A stretch of 64,000 nucleotides of DNA from positions 51,004-115,003 of the IMG/VR virus record IMGVR_UViG_3300028198_000256. The stretch is one strand, 5' to 3'. The position numbers and the translations under genes were made by a program. The DNA comes from a virus. Below are positions 38,070-48,615 of this stretch, piece after piece; the stretch's first letter is position 1; every line of letters begins with the position of its first letter. The notes beneath the pieces are model-generated. The model saw nothing but the letters and a program-made list of their open reading frames with translations, did not search any database and was not told the DNA's origin.

Positions 38070-40341
38070 GTCTTTTTTCAATAAACATTGAAATTCTTTC
38101 CCATATTAAATCAGAATTATTATACAATATACCATGACAATCAGAACCAATAATATGCATTTCTTTATCTACAGAAGATATATTATTATATATATAATCA
38201 GCACCATCTACTGAAACTAATGTGTCATCCTTAGAATAAATGACCAACATAGGTATTGTTACATCACATAAACACTTCTTCACACTTTTAACTAATTTAC
38301 CTATTTCATATATACTACGTGTGGGAACTAACCAATAATTAATATGTTCATTCTCTGGAATATTCTTAAAAAAAGGTTTCACTCCATTATTCCCTATCAC
38401 CAAACCCACCACCCTATTAACATAATGAACTAATGGTGCAAATTTAACCCGGAAATCCGTATAAAAAAATGGAGCTGATATAACAACTACTGATTTAACT
38501 CTATAATCAGAAGAAAATTCTTCACGTAATGCAATAAGTCCGCCAGTAGAAAATCCAACAATCACAATATTTTCAGATAACATAGAAGTTATTTGAAAAT
38601 ACTCGTATACTGATTTAATCCAATCTTCATAACTATATGATAACAAATCATAAGGTGATGTACCATGTCCAACTATTCTTGCACCAACTACAATATATCC
38701 TATACCACATAAATATTCACCAAAACCTCTAACTTCATATGGAGATGACAATAATCCATGGATTAATAACACAACAATACCATTAGACTTCTTAGGAAAT
38801 AGAATAAATGGTTTATTATCAGAAGAATTAATACCATCAAATTTAGAATTATATTTATCATTAATATACATATTCTTATCGTACTCATATGACAACTGTT
38901 GGTCGTCCAATAAATGCATTGCAATATCTTTGTTACTAATAGTATCTACACTTTCAACAATCTTATTAATAACTTTACCAACAATAGAAACCGGCTGTAC
39001 TTCATTATAATATACAACTAATAAATTCTCAACCCTAACCGTCAACGGATCTACACCAGAATCAAAATTACCAGATAAATATATAACATCACCACCAATA
39101 ATTAGCAATCCTTGTTTTTCAAGAGAATCAATATACTTAATCATGTTAACATTATTACCATTTAATATATCACCATATATATTAGGTCGCATTAAACCAT
39201 CGTGCAACCTCACTCCTGATTTATGTTGTAATGTTTTTAATGTTAAATATAACTCCTTATAAAGTGTTTTCTTATTTACAAATGATATATTTTGTTTGAA
39301 TCTATACATCAATAAACAAGATGTCAGATGGCTTAAATTAATAGTAACATAAGAATAAATACTTTTAGTGTAAAAGTCACGTGTAACATTAGAACACTTT
39401 ATGAGATGTTTATGCAACATCTCACCTTTCCAAGACTTATCAACACTACCAATAGAAAACACATCATCTAAGGATTTTATAGAATCAGTAAATGTTTCAG
39501 TTAAAGATGACTTCCATGAATGCCAAATACCGGAGGTAGATATCACTTTACTCATAACAACATCCATATCAGTATCTTTAGTAATTAAATTCCCCTCAAC
39601 TATCAATTCTTCTGTTTGTCGTAATGTAAGTCCATTAGAAATATATTCAACAGCCTTCAATAAAACATTATCAGTCGCACGTAAAGGATAAAACGTTATA
39701 TTAGATGCAACTATATTAGTAGGTATTTCTACTGCTGCCAATAACTCATCCAAACTATGAAAATCTAATTCCTTTTGCCACATTAATAATCTATCCATAT
39801 CCATATCTCTATGAGCATTACGAACTATGAACTTAAACACCTCCAACCCATGTGACAAAACAGCTGCACCAGTATGTTGTTTCCGCACTTTCATGGTTGT
39901 TTGACATAACATATTATAATGTCCTTCATCATCAACAACCCGATGATCCTTTACCATCCCACCTTCAGGGAAAATAACTACTTTATGACCATGTAATATT
40001 TGTTTTGCTAATATAGAAAACAACCTTGGATGATCATGTGGTACAACCCCCAACTTCGTTAAATACGATGACAATATACCATCATTTTTAAAAAATTCAC
40101 CAGAACCAACAGAATAACAATAACTACCATTTTCTTCATGTATCAAATATTGAGGAATAAATGTTTCTATACGAGAAAAATGATTAAATACAAATATACT
40201 ACCATCATTTATATTACACGCAGAATGAATATTAACATTCATGCGTAACACTTTCTTCATAATACGAAATGCTCGTAAAGACAAACGATACATACGTTTG
40301 TCTATATCAACCCAATCATGATTATACTTAGAAAGTTTCAT
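38059..40341 (-). CDS. Glycerolipid acyltransferase (PlsB/C-like) fused to an alpha/beta hydrolase
   Basis: N-terminal NHFSRIET and IFPEGG; C-terminal LIHGL, GHGT, GFSTGG, D and H triad candidates. Confidence 0.8.
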   Translation of the reverse strand: MKLSKYNHDWVDIDKRMYRLSLRAFRIMKKVLRMNVNIHSACNINDGSIFVFNHFSRIETFIPQYLIHEENGSYCYSVGSGEFFKNDGILSSYLTKLGVVPHDHPRLFSILAKQILHGHKVVIFPEGGMVKDHRVVDDEGHYNMLCQTTMKVRKQHTGAAVLSHGLEVFKFIVRNAHRDMDMDRLLMWQKELDFHSLDELLAAVEIPTNIVASNITFYPLRATDNVLLKAVEYISNGLTLRQTEELIVEGNLITKDTDMDVVMSKVISTSGIWHSWKSSLTETFTDSIKSLDDVFSIGSVDKSWKGEMLHKHLIKCSNVTRDFYTKSIYSYVTINLSHLTSCLLMYRFKQNISFVNKKTLYKELYLTLKTLQHKSGVRLHDGLMRPNIYGDILNGNNVNMIKYIDSLEKQGLLIIGGDVIYLSGNFDSGVDPLTVRVENLLVVYYNEVQPVSIVGKVINKIVESVDTISNKDIAMHLLDDQQLSYEYDKNMYINDKYNSKFDGINSSDNKPFILFPKKSNGIVVLLIHGLLSSPYEVRGFGEYLCGIGYIVVGARIVGHGTSPYDLLSYSYEDWIKSVYEYFQITSMLSENIVIVGFSTGGLIALREEFSSDYRVKSVVVISAPFFYTDFRVKFAPLVHYVNRVVGLVIGNNGVKPFFKNIPENEHINYWLVPTRSIYEIGKLVKSVKKCLCDVTIPMLVIYSKDDTLVSVDGADYIYNNISSVDKEMHIIGSDCHGILYNNSDLIWERISMFIEKRLDI

Positions 40342-41378
40342 AATGTTAAAAAACCATCAAGTGTCGGAATATTCTTACGTTCAATCTCAGTATTAACATT
40401 CTCTTTAGTTATCTTAAAAAACTGTTCTGATGCTTCAAATCCAATATACTTTCTACCAAGTTGTGATGCTCTAACTAATGTAGTTCCTGTGCCAGAAAAG
40501 GGGTCAAGAACAACACCACCTACTGGACAACCCGCAATTATAGGTTTATCAATTAATTCTGAATTATATGAAGCAAGGTGTGAAGAACGATTACCCTTTA
40601 TCGTGATATTCCAAAAATCAGACACATCACCCGGGTTCTTTCCTTTTGGATTTAATGAAGTATTACCACTATTGTATTCATCAATATCACGTCCACCATT
40701 CTTTGGTCTAGAAAGAGTTTGAGCGGAACTCACCCCAATACCAGTAGAATACTTATTTTCATTAGTACCACGTAAGGCTCTTTTAATAGAAGTAGTCATA
40801 TTCTCATCACGAATAGAATCAAGGTCAAAATAATAACCTTTAGGTTTCTTCGTCATTAAAAAGATATATTCGTGTTTCTTTGAGAATCTATCACGAACCG
40901 ATTCAGGCATACCATTTCTCTTTGCCCAGATTATATCATTACGAATAGTCCATCCACGGTCATAACAACCAATAGCAAATCTATGAGGAATCAATAATAA
41001 ACTTTTAGGTTTCAAATCAGATGGTTGGTTAATCTTCATACCACCCAAATAATCACCAGTTCTACTTCCAGTATGACCAGTATTAAGTCCACCAGATTTA
41101 GTAGAATATGTATCACCAAGATTGATCCATACAGTACCAGTATCTTTTAAAACTCTATGAATTTCATCCATCATTTCCCATAAATGTTCAAGATATTCTT
41201 GGAATGTGGGTTCTAATCCCCACTGACCATCAAACCCATAATCCCTTAATTGCCAATATGGTGGTGACGTAATGACACAATCAATAGAATTATCATCTAA
41301 CTTTTTGAAACCTTCCATGATGTCACAATTATATATTTTATCCAAATTAAACCCCCCACTATATTCATAGTATACCAC
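40338..41378 (-). CDS. DNA methyltransferase (SPPY, N4-cytosine type); real start probably the TTG of LDKIY
   Basis: TSPPYW, WINLGD, IIWAKRN, VLDPFSGTGTT; ends PTLDGFLTL. Confidence 0.88.
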   Translation of the reverse strand: MVYYEYSGGFNLDKIYNCDIMEGFKKLDDNSIDCVITSPPYWQLRDYGFDGQWGLEPTFQEYLEHLWEMMDEIHRVLKDTGTVWINLGDTYSTKSGGLNTGHTGSRTGDYLGGMKINQPSDLKPKSLLLIPHRFAIGCYDRGWTIRNDIIWAKRNGMPESVRDRFSKKHEYIFLMTKKPKGYYFDLDSIRDENMTTSIKRALRGTNENKYSTGIGVSSAQTLSRPKNGGRDIDEYNSGNTSLNPKGKNPGDVSDFWNITIKGNRSSHLASYNSELIDKPIIAGCPVGGVVLDPFSGTGTTLVRASQLGRKYIGFEASEQFFKITKENVNTEIERKNIPTLDGFLTL

Positions 41379-41397
41379 ACCACTAGCTAATTGTCAA
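41369..41397 (-). promoter_or_regulatory. Sigma70-type early promoter
   Basis: TTGACA-17 nt-TATACT with TG. Confidence 0.8.
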
Positions 41398-41405
41398 GAT
41401 GTTTA

Positions 41406-42050
41406 TTAATTTTTTTCCATTGCCGTGCCAAATGAAGGTCTATTAATACAACGGTCAACATACGATTTAAGATGTGGGAAATCATGTAAAAGTTCTGGGA
41501 ACCAATTCAATGTAGATGATACCATTATATCAACAACAGAAAATTCATGTCCTATCATATATGGACGTTGAACCATCATTGGATTATTACCATTCATAGA
41601 ATTATTAATAACTACTAATATTTTTTTATATCGTTCTAATGAATACTCAACTACAGACTGTCTACGTTTTTCTTTAGGCAACAACTTACTGTGTAAAAAT
41701 AAATCCACCAACGGATACTCCATAGTAGAAGTAACATAAAACATCCATTTCAAATACTCAGACCGATATAAACTAGACACGTCAGGAGACAACCCCGATT
41801 CGGGATTCATATCACACAAATACATACAAATAGCACCAGCCTCCCATATAACATTATTATTATATTTTAATGTCGGGACAGATGCATTCGGATTTATTGT
41901 TAGATAGTCTCTATTAGTTTTACCATCACCGAATATGTCTATTGGTGTTAACGTGTAATCAACACCTAATTCTTCTAACAACCATAAAGGTCTAAATGAC
42001 CTTGTATCAGTACAATGATACAGCTCAATAACATCTTTACTCATATTCAC
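41406..42050 (-). CDS. Glutathione S-transferase
   Basis: TRSFRPLWLLEELG, INPNASVPTL, EAGAI, FSVVDI, RPSF. Confidence 0.88.
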   Translation of the reverse strand: MNMSKDVIELYHCTDTRSFRPLWLLEELGVDYTLTPIDIFGDGKTNRDYLTINPNASVPTLKYNNNVIWEAGAICMYLCDMNPESGLSPDVSSLYRSEYLKWMFYVTSTMEYPLVDLFLHSKLLPKEKRRQSVVEYSLERYKKILVVINNSMNGNNPMMVQRPYMIGHEFSVVDIMVSSTLNWFPELLHDFPHLKSYVDRCINRPSFGTAMEKN

Positions 42051-42052
42051 TC

Positions 42053-42406
42053 CTACAAATTAGTTGGATTCACCGAGAAATATAATGCAAATGTCTTTAC
42101 CGTGTCAGGGTATACATGTTCATTATATTCTAATACTTTTCCTTCCTCTAAAAATTCACGTTTCAATAAACACTTGTCAACATGATTTGGTAAATTATCA
42201 AAATTATCATATAAATTCTGCATCACCTCATGATGTCTTGTTTCTGAATATATATTATTACTATCTGGATGATGAGTAAACAAATATGAATACATCAAAT
42301 AGTATCCTATTTCTTTTTCTAAATTGTATTTATCAGACTCCATATACTCATAATACTTATCAATCTTCATATCATTGATTCCGTTTATTACCAATAGAAT
42401 CACCAT
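42053..42406 (-). CDS. Hypothetical protein
   Basis: YYLMYSYL pattern loosely like the N-terminal helices of NAD-dependent ligases. Confidence 0.45.
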   Translation of the reverse strand: MVILLVINGINDMKIDKYYEYMESDKYNLEKEIGYYLMYSYLFTHHPDSNNIYSETRHHEVMQNLYDNFDNLPNHVDKCLLKREFLEEGKVLEYNEHVYPDTVKTFALYFSVNPTNL

Positions 42407-43088
42407 AAGCTAAACTCAACGGTAATAACTTATTTAATGGTAAATCAATCTGTATAACATTAAGTTTCATATTTTTGTTTATCAATAACGCAGATAAAAA
42501 TCTATGATGACCATCAATAATACGATTATCAGACGATACTATTAACGTCTTAGAATTCAATAAATCGATAGTGGATTCAACACCATTCTTAGATATGGTT
42601 TTAAACCCCTTATCAAAATATATTTGAGCCTGAATTGGTATCAAATCCTTTGCAGAAATCTTCCCACGCACAATAGATACAACATCATCTTCAGCATCAC
42701 CGTCATATTTCTTTAATCCTGACTTTAAAAAACTATTAGCTTTAGTGCCAGACAATCCTTCTGGAAATGGATTTGATTGATCAGTATCATCTGCAAATGG
42801 TTTTGTTATATCTAAAAACCCCTTAGACAATCTCTTTTGAAATTTATTAACATCCTTTGATGTTATAACAGGCATATCCTTTCTTTTAGTATGTCCTTTA
42901 CGAGCCAACTTCTGTGCTAAAATATAATTAGAATCAAAATCAGGGATATCTTCATCTAACGTAGACATCTTACTCAATGCAAACTTACGGGCATCTGATA
43001 GAGACGTAGTAAGAAGTTCAAGTTTACCAGCCGCAGCACCACCACCCTTTTCCATTAAATAATTCTTAAATGATTTCATTTCTCCCAA
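42372..43088 (-). CDS. ParB/Srx-fold protein with capsid-targeting-like N-terminus
   Basis: MKSFKNYLME start; LIPIQAQI and IIDGHHRF. Confidence 0.65.
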   Translation of the reverse strand: MGEMKSFKNYLMEKGGGAAAGKLELLTTSLSDARKFALSKMSTLDEDIPDFDSNYILAQKLARKGHTKRKDMPVITSKDVNKFQKRLSKGFLDITKPFADDTDQSNPFPEGLSGTKANSFLKSGLKKYDGDAEDDVVSIVRGKISAKDLIPIQAQIYFDKGFKTISKNGVESTIDLLNSKTLIVSSDNRIIDGHHRFLSALLINKNMKLNVIQIDLPLNKLLPLSLAYGDSIGNKRNQ

Positions 43089-44293
43089 CCTTTTATTATA
43101 TCTTTTGAAAAATTATTTGCTGAAAATTCCATTCGGTTTACCAATTTAACAGCATTATCATTACGATCAATTGCAACAAATCCTTCTGAACCAGATACTT
43201 TAAATCCATCCTTGGTTCTTACAAAGGTAGATATATCAGACACACTCTCCATTTTGTCTATTAAAATCTCTTTAGCATCAACTAAATGATTTTGTAACTC
43301 AAACATCAATCTTAAATTCTTTTTATTAGAATCCGAAAAAAAACTTAAAACATCTTCTCTTGATTTCGACTTTTTAGCTTTGCCTTTATCAGACTTCAAT
43401 TTGTCAATATCTTTTTGATACTTATCTGAAATATATTTAATAAGTTCATCTGTGTGTTTTCTAGTATTTGTAATCTTCTCTTGTGACCTAACTTTAGTAT
43501 TATTAAACGTATTAATCAACTGATTAATAACTGAATTGGTAGAAACATCATTTAATGTTGTTGCAGATATTTTTCTAAATATCTTACCAGCATCAGATAA
43601 ATGTGATGTAACTATATCAGTTTCAGATTTAGTCATAGTCGCGGTTCCAGACAAATCAGTAAGGTCAGCAGTTCTCGTCCATACACTCGAAGTCTTTTTA
43701 AAGTCACGAATACTAATATTAAATGATGCAGACATATTCTCAAAAGAATCACCAGTATATTTTGTATGCCAAACAACACCTATCTTTGACTGTAATATAG
43801 AACCAGCCTGTGATGTTGGTACAGCGTATACTATCGTATTAGGATGAAAGGTAACATAAGACTCACCATCAATTGTTTCATTCTTAAGATCAGAATTAGT
43901 ATACATAATATCACCTTGCATGACACCCTTAATACCAAGTTTCCTTAATTCAGTATATGCAATCTTTAACTTACTAGCTAAATCACCAGAAGTGTCGTCA
44001 TCTATATCGTTATGTGACTTATATACTTTTGGATTCTTATTAAATATACCCTTCTTCGCAACAAAAAACTGTCCATCTGTCGGGTCAATACCAGCAAACA
44101 CAGCAGGAGCGCCATCCCACTTAACAGTAACTGAATGTGAAGTATTAGAATTACCAGACAACATATCTCTCAATGACCTTAAAGCATTAATGGCACCACG
44201 TGTGCCATTAACGCCACCATCAAGGACAAGATCCTCAATATGAGTCATATGAGTATTTTTAGCTTCTGTTACATATTCTTGAAATGTTAACAT
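43076..44293 (-). CDS. DUF6267-like protein with ligase/nucleotidyltransferase motifs and capsid-targeting-like N-terminus
   Basis: MLTFQEYVTE; KNTHMTHIED; TVKWDG, QGD, EGFV, VKLVNR. Confidence 0.7.
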   Translation of the reverse strand: MLTFQEYVTEAKNTHMTHIEDLVLDGGVNGTRGAINALRSLRDMLSGNSNTSHSVTVKWDGAPAVFAGIDPTDGQFFVAKKGIFNKNPKVYKSHNDIDDDTSGDLASKLKIAYTELRKLGIKGVMQGDIMYTNSDLKNETIDGESYVTFHPNTIVYAVPTSQAGSILQSKIGVVWHTKYTGDSFENMSASFNISIRDFKKTSSVWTRTADLTDLSGTATMTKSETDIVTSHLSDAGKIFRKISATTLNDVSTNSVINQLINTFNNTKVRSQEKITNTRKHTDELIKYISDKYQKDIDKLKSDKGKAKKSKSREDVLSFFSDSNKKNLRLMFELQNHLVDAKEILIDKMESVSDISTFVRTKDGFKVSGSEGFVAIDRNDNAVKLVNRMEFSANNFSKDIIKGWEK

Positions 44294-44319
44294 ATATTAC
44301 AACTCTAATTGTAAAATTA

Positions 44320-44327
44320 TATTTATA
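44320..44327 (-). promoter_or_regulatory. T4-type late promoter TATAAATA
   Basis: Exact TATAAATA in the intergenic gap, 26 nt before the ATG at 44293. Confidence 0.6.
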
Positions 44328-44330
44328 ATA

Positions 44331-45608
44331 TTAAAACTGTTCCTCTTCAGTAGAACCATCCATAGCAGTAACCGATGAGTTACCACCTTGTATAACATTT
44401 GTAACAGAATCAAAATAACCAGCACCAACTTCCTCTTGATGCCTTGCAAATGTATATCCATCTTTAACCGAATTAAACTCAGGTTCTTGGACACCCTCCA
44501 CATAAGCAGTCATACCACGTTCAACATAATCTTTTGACAACTCAAACATAGAATGCCACATATCATGAATACCAGCCAGCGTAATAAATTGCCACTTGAA
44601 CCCCATCTCTCCCAATTTTTGTTGATAGTGTGCTATTTCTTCGTCGCTCAAATTCTTCTTCCAATTAAAAGACGGTGAGCAGTTATAAGCCAGCAACTTG
44701 CCAGGATACTGTTGGTGTATCGCAGTCGCAAATTTTTGAGCCTCTTCTAAATTCGGCACCGCAGTTTCACACCAAAGCATATCAGCATAAGCCGCATAAG
44801 ATAATCCCCTTGATATCGCTTGGTCTATTCCGCAGTTGACTCTAAAAAAACCCTCTTCAGTTCTCTCCCCTGTGACGAATTCCTTGTCACGAACATCAAT
44901 ATCAGATGTCAGCAAAGTTGCTGCGTTAGCATCTGTCCTTGCGATAATAACGATAGGCACACCCATAACATCAGATGCCAATCTCGCGGATACTAGTTTC
45001 TGGATTGCCTCTTGGGTTGGCACTAACACCTTACCACCCATGTGTCCACATTTCTTAGCAGATGACAGTTGATCTTCTAAATGAATACCAGACACACCAC
45101 ACTCTATCATAGATTTAGTCAACTCATAAGAGTTCAACACCCCCCCAAACCCAGCCTCAGCATCTGCGATAATTGGAGCAAAGTAATCAATATCATTTCT
45201 TCCCTTATTCCATTGGATTTCATCTGCTCTACGGAATGTATTATTAATACGTCTTACCATCATTGGTACTGAATTATATGCATATAATGATTGATCTGGA
45301 TACATAGTTTCTGACGAATTACCATCAGCAGCAACTTGCCAACCTGATAAATATATAACCTTAATACCAGCCTTAACTTGTTGCATTGCCTGTCCAGCAG
45401 TTATAGCACCCATAGAATTAACATATCCATCTTCGTTAATCAATTTCCAAAGTTTTTTAGAACCCACGGTAGACACTGTATATTCTTCATCAAACGAACC
45501 ACTTAACCTAATAACATCTTCTGCCGAATAATCACGTTTGACATTCAACCAACGCTCATTCTCTCTCCAATCTTTCTCTAAAGTTCGAACTCTACCCAAT
45601 TGTTCCAT
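44331..45608 (-). CDS. aceA: Isocitrate lyase
   Basis: [58 protein letters not shown]. Confidence 0.97.
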   Translation of the reverse strand: MEQLGRVRTLEKDWRENERWLNVKRDYSAEDVIRLSGSFDEEYTVSTVGSKKLWKLINEDGYVNSMGAITAGQAMQQVKAGIKVIYLSGWQVAADGNSSETMYPDQSLYAYNSVPMMVRRINNTFRRADEIQWNKGRNDIDYFAPIIADAEAGFGGVLNSYELTKSMIECGVSGIHLEDQLSSAKKCGHMGGKVLVPTQEAIQKLVSARLASDVMGVPIVIIARTDANAATLLTSDIDVRDKEFVTGERTEEGFFRVNCGIDQAISRGLSYAAYADMLWCETAVPNLEEAQKFATAIHQQYPGKLLAYNCSPSFNWKKNLSDEEIAHYQQKLGEMGFKWQFITLAGIHDMWHSMFELSKDYVERGMTAYVEGVQEPEFNSVKDGYTFARHQEEVGAGYFDSVTNVIQGGNSSVTAMDGSTEEEQF

Positions 45609-45629
45609 AAATAAATTCTCCTATTTTAA

Positions 45630-47393
45630 TTAACCTTCACAACTAACACAACCATCCTGACTAACAAATTCACCCCTTACACCTGTCAACAAATCTTGAC
45701 CAGATGGGGTTTCCGTATAATCCGTCATAGTATTCTGTTCTATCTTTTCCGATAATATTTCAGTACGATTTGATGTTTCTGTTCTTAAATAATATAACGA
45801 CTTATTACCAAATTTCCACGCATTATAATGTACTTCGTGTAAATATTTCTTATCAACTCCTGCGGGGAAAAATACATTCAAACTTTGGGATTGACAAATA
45901 TATTTTGCACGCTGACCACCCAAACGAACAATTGCATTTTGATCTATCTCAATTGCCGTTTTAAATACTTCTTTTTCATGTGACGTTAAGAAATCCAAAT
46001 GTTGAACAGAACCATTATTAGCAATAATAGAATTCCATATATGTTCATTATCTTTATCATAATCAATCAACAATTTCTTAATATATCTATTTTTAATCAA
46101 ATGACTCCCAGCACGTGTTCTATGAACAAATGCATTAGCCTTTATAGGTTCAATAGATGGAGATGTTGAAGCAATACTTGAACTATTTGCGTTAGGGGCA
46201 ACTGCCAACAAATTAGCATTTCTTCTTCCAGTACCAATCATATCAGAACACTCACCATATTGTTTTCCTAATTCCAATGACTGTTCAACTGCCTCGTTTT
46301 TAATATATGAAAATATTTCCTCATTAAGTTCTGCGGCAGATTGACTACCAAAAGGTATAGACTGTTTCATTAATAAATTATGCCAACCCATAGCACCTAT
46401 ACCAATTGACCGTTCCTGACTAGCAGAATATCTAGCCTTACCTATATCACACGGAGCGTGTTCTATAAAATAAGTTAATACATTATCTAAAAAAACAGTT
46501 AAATCTTTCACTAAAGAAGTTCCTTTCCACTCATCATAAGTTTCAAGATTCAATGAACTTAAACAACATACAGCAGTGCGTTCTTCATTAGTAGGTAGAG
46601 TTATTTCACAACAAAGATTAGAACCTCTTGAGAACAATCCTTTATCTTTTTGTGTTTGTGGATATGCATCATTTGCCGTATCAATAAAATATATGTATGG
46701 TTCACCAGTACGATATCGTGTTTCTAATAGAGTTTCCCATAACTCTCTAGCCATAACAGTATCGGTGGGATCACCAGATTTTGGATCAATAAGTTCCCAT
46801 ACTGAATCACTTTCAACTGCATTCATAAAACTATTAGGAACATTAACACCATGATGTAAATTAAGACACTTCCTATTAACATCACCCGTAGGTATTCTCA
46901 AAGACATAAACTCTAAAATATCAGGATGTGATATATCCATATACGCAGCATACGACCCCTTACGAGTGATACCCTGTTTATATGCAGTCATATCAGCATC
47001 CACAGTATGTAAAAATGGTATTGGTCCTGGTGCTATATCTGATACAGAACGAACATCCGACCAATGTCCACCAACACCACCACCCTTAACTGACAACCAC
47101 CTCAATTCAGATGTGTGTTCTATTAAACCCTCTAATGTGTCTGGTACATATCCCAAAAAACATGATATTGGTAACCCACGCACAAGTTCTTCCTTTTCTG
47201 GTGCATTTGACAAAATAGGAGATGAAAACATAAACCAATTCTTGTCAACATATGAATATATTCGTTTTGCCAATTTCTCATCATCAAAACTAAAAGCATC
47301 AGATGTTCGTTTAAATGCATCCTCTGGAGTATCTTCATACTCCCTCATATAATAATCACGTAATAACTTCAACCCCTGTTCACTTATATTCAT
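45630..47393 (-). CDS. nrdA: Ribonucleotide reductase class I alpha subunit (no ATP cone)
   Basis: PISCF, GSNLCCEI, VCCLSS, APNANSS, SLYYLR, C-terminal CVSCEG. Confidence 0.95.
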   Translation of the reverse strand: MNISEQGLKLLRDYYMREYEDTPEDAFKRTSDAFSFDDEKLAKRIYSYVDKNWFMFSSPILSNAPEKEELVRGLPISCFLGYVPDTLEGLIEHTSELRWLSVKGGGVGGHWSDVRSVSDIAPGPIPFLHTVDADMTAYKQGITRKGSYAAYMDISHPDILEFMSLRIPTGDVNRKCLNLHHGVNVPNSFMNAVESDSVWELIDPKSGDPTDTVMARELWETLLETRYRTGEPYIYFIDTANDAYPQTQKDKGLFSRGSNLCCEITLPTNEERTAVCCLSSLNLETYDEWKGTSLVKDLTVFLDNVLTYFIEHAPCDIGKARYSASQERSIGIGAMGWHNLLMKQSIPFGSQSAAELNEEIFSYIKNEAVEQSLELGKQYGECSDMIGTGRRNANLLAVAPNANSSSIASTSPSIEPIKANAFVHRTRAGSHLIKNRYIKKLLIDYDKDNEHIWNSIIANNGSVQHLDFLTSHEKEVFKTAIEIDQNAIVRLGGQRAKYICQSQSLNVFFPAGVDKKYLHEVHYNAWKFGNKSLYYLRTETSNRTEILSEKIEQNTMTDYTETPSGQDLLTGVRGEFVSQDGCVSCEG

Positions 47394-47567
47394 ATATTAT
47401 TCCTGTTTTTGTGTTCCTTTATATTCATTATCCATGGCATTCCATAAAACCTCATCCTTTACTTGATGTTCTGCATTATCATATTCCAAATCCTTTATCT
47501 TATGTTTTAATTCGTCATTCTCTTTTTTTAAAAAGTCAAGTTCGTCTTTGATTCCCATAAATCTCTC

Positions 47568-48587
47568 CTAACATCGTTTCCATTGATTAAGACATGCCTT
47601 CGCCGATAATCCATATTTTACATTATTAGATATAACTTTTTGTAAATCTTCCTCCGTATAACCATTAATGATCATGTCATTAATGTCTTTTTCATTAATC
47701 TCATCAGGCCATATAAGTACACCATATTCGTGTTCTATAACCTTCTCCATTTTCTTTACTATCTGTATATTTCTAGGTTCATTATCATATATAAAAACCA
47801 CATCATCAAACTTCTTAAAAATATCCAAATCACAATCACTTCCAGCCATTGCTATAGAATTATCAACAAACAATGAATCTAATGGTCCTTCTAATACATA
47901 TACTATATTAGTATCATCAACCGTATCCATACCATATATCTTCAATGAATCATCTTTTACTTTTATAGTAATATATCTAATAGAAGAATCACCAATAGAT
48001 CTACCTTGTATAGCAGTTAAATTATATTTATCATCATAAAATGGTATTACTATTCTAGGATCATTTTTAATCAAAGAATATGTATTCTTCGGTAATATAG
48101 AATCCACCATAAGTTTAAAATCATCAGAATAATATAATGACTGTAATTTAGTTATCTTTCTATTCTTTATATACTTCAATGCAGTATGATTTTCATCTAA
48201 TTCAGACAATTTAACCACATTATCATAATTAAAACTTTTTACCTTTTTATAAGAAAAATCCATATTATATTTAACTACAACTTCTTTCTTGATTTTCTTA
48301 TTAGATATCGATTTCCCCTCTTTCCATAAATCCATCACATACTCGTCATATAATGGTTTGTCAACAATTTTAATAAAATTCTTTAAAGTCATCGACGCAC
48401 CACAATTATGACACATATAAAAATAATTATTCTTTTTTAAATATATAAATCCACGTGATTTTACTTTATTCTTTTGCGAATCACCACACAAAGGACACCT
48501 AAAATTATAAAGAGACTCCTTTTTCTTTACAAACATATCAAACTTATAAGACATTCTCATAATATAAGAATTATCTATATAACTCAT
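47568..48587 (-). CDS. 61: DNA primase (T4 gp61)
   Basis: CPLCGDS...CHNCG zinc ribbon, EGPLDS, DNEPRN, KDINDM. Confidence 0.93.
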   Translation of the reverse strand: MSYIDNSYIMRMSYKFDMFVKKKESLYNFRCPLCGDSQKNKVKSRGFIYLKKNNYFYMCHNCGASMTLKNFIKIVDKPLYDEYVMDLWKEGKSISNKKIKKEVVVKYNMDFSYKKVKSFNYDNVVKLSELDENHTALKYIKNRKITKLQSLYYSDDFKLMVDSILPKNTYSLIKNDPRIVIPFYDDKYNLTAIQGRSIGDSSIRYITIKVKDDSLKIYGMDTVDDTNIVYVLEGPLDSLFVDNSIAMAGSDCDLDIFKKFDDVVFIYDNEPRNIQIVKKMEKVIEHEYGVLIWPDEINEKDINDMIINGYTEEDLQKVISNNVKYGLSAKACLNQWKRC

Positions 48588-48615
48588 ATCACCACCTCAC
48601 ATCATACTAAATAAT

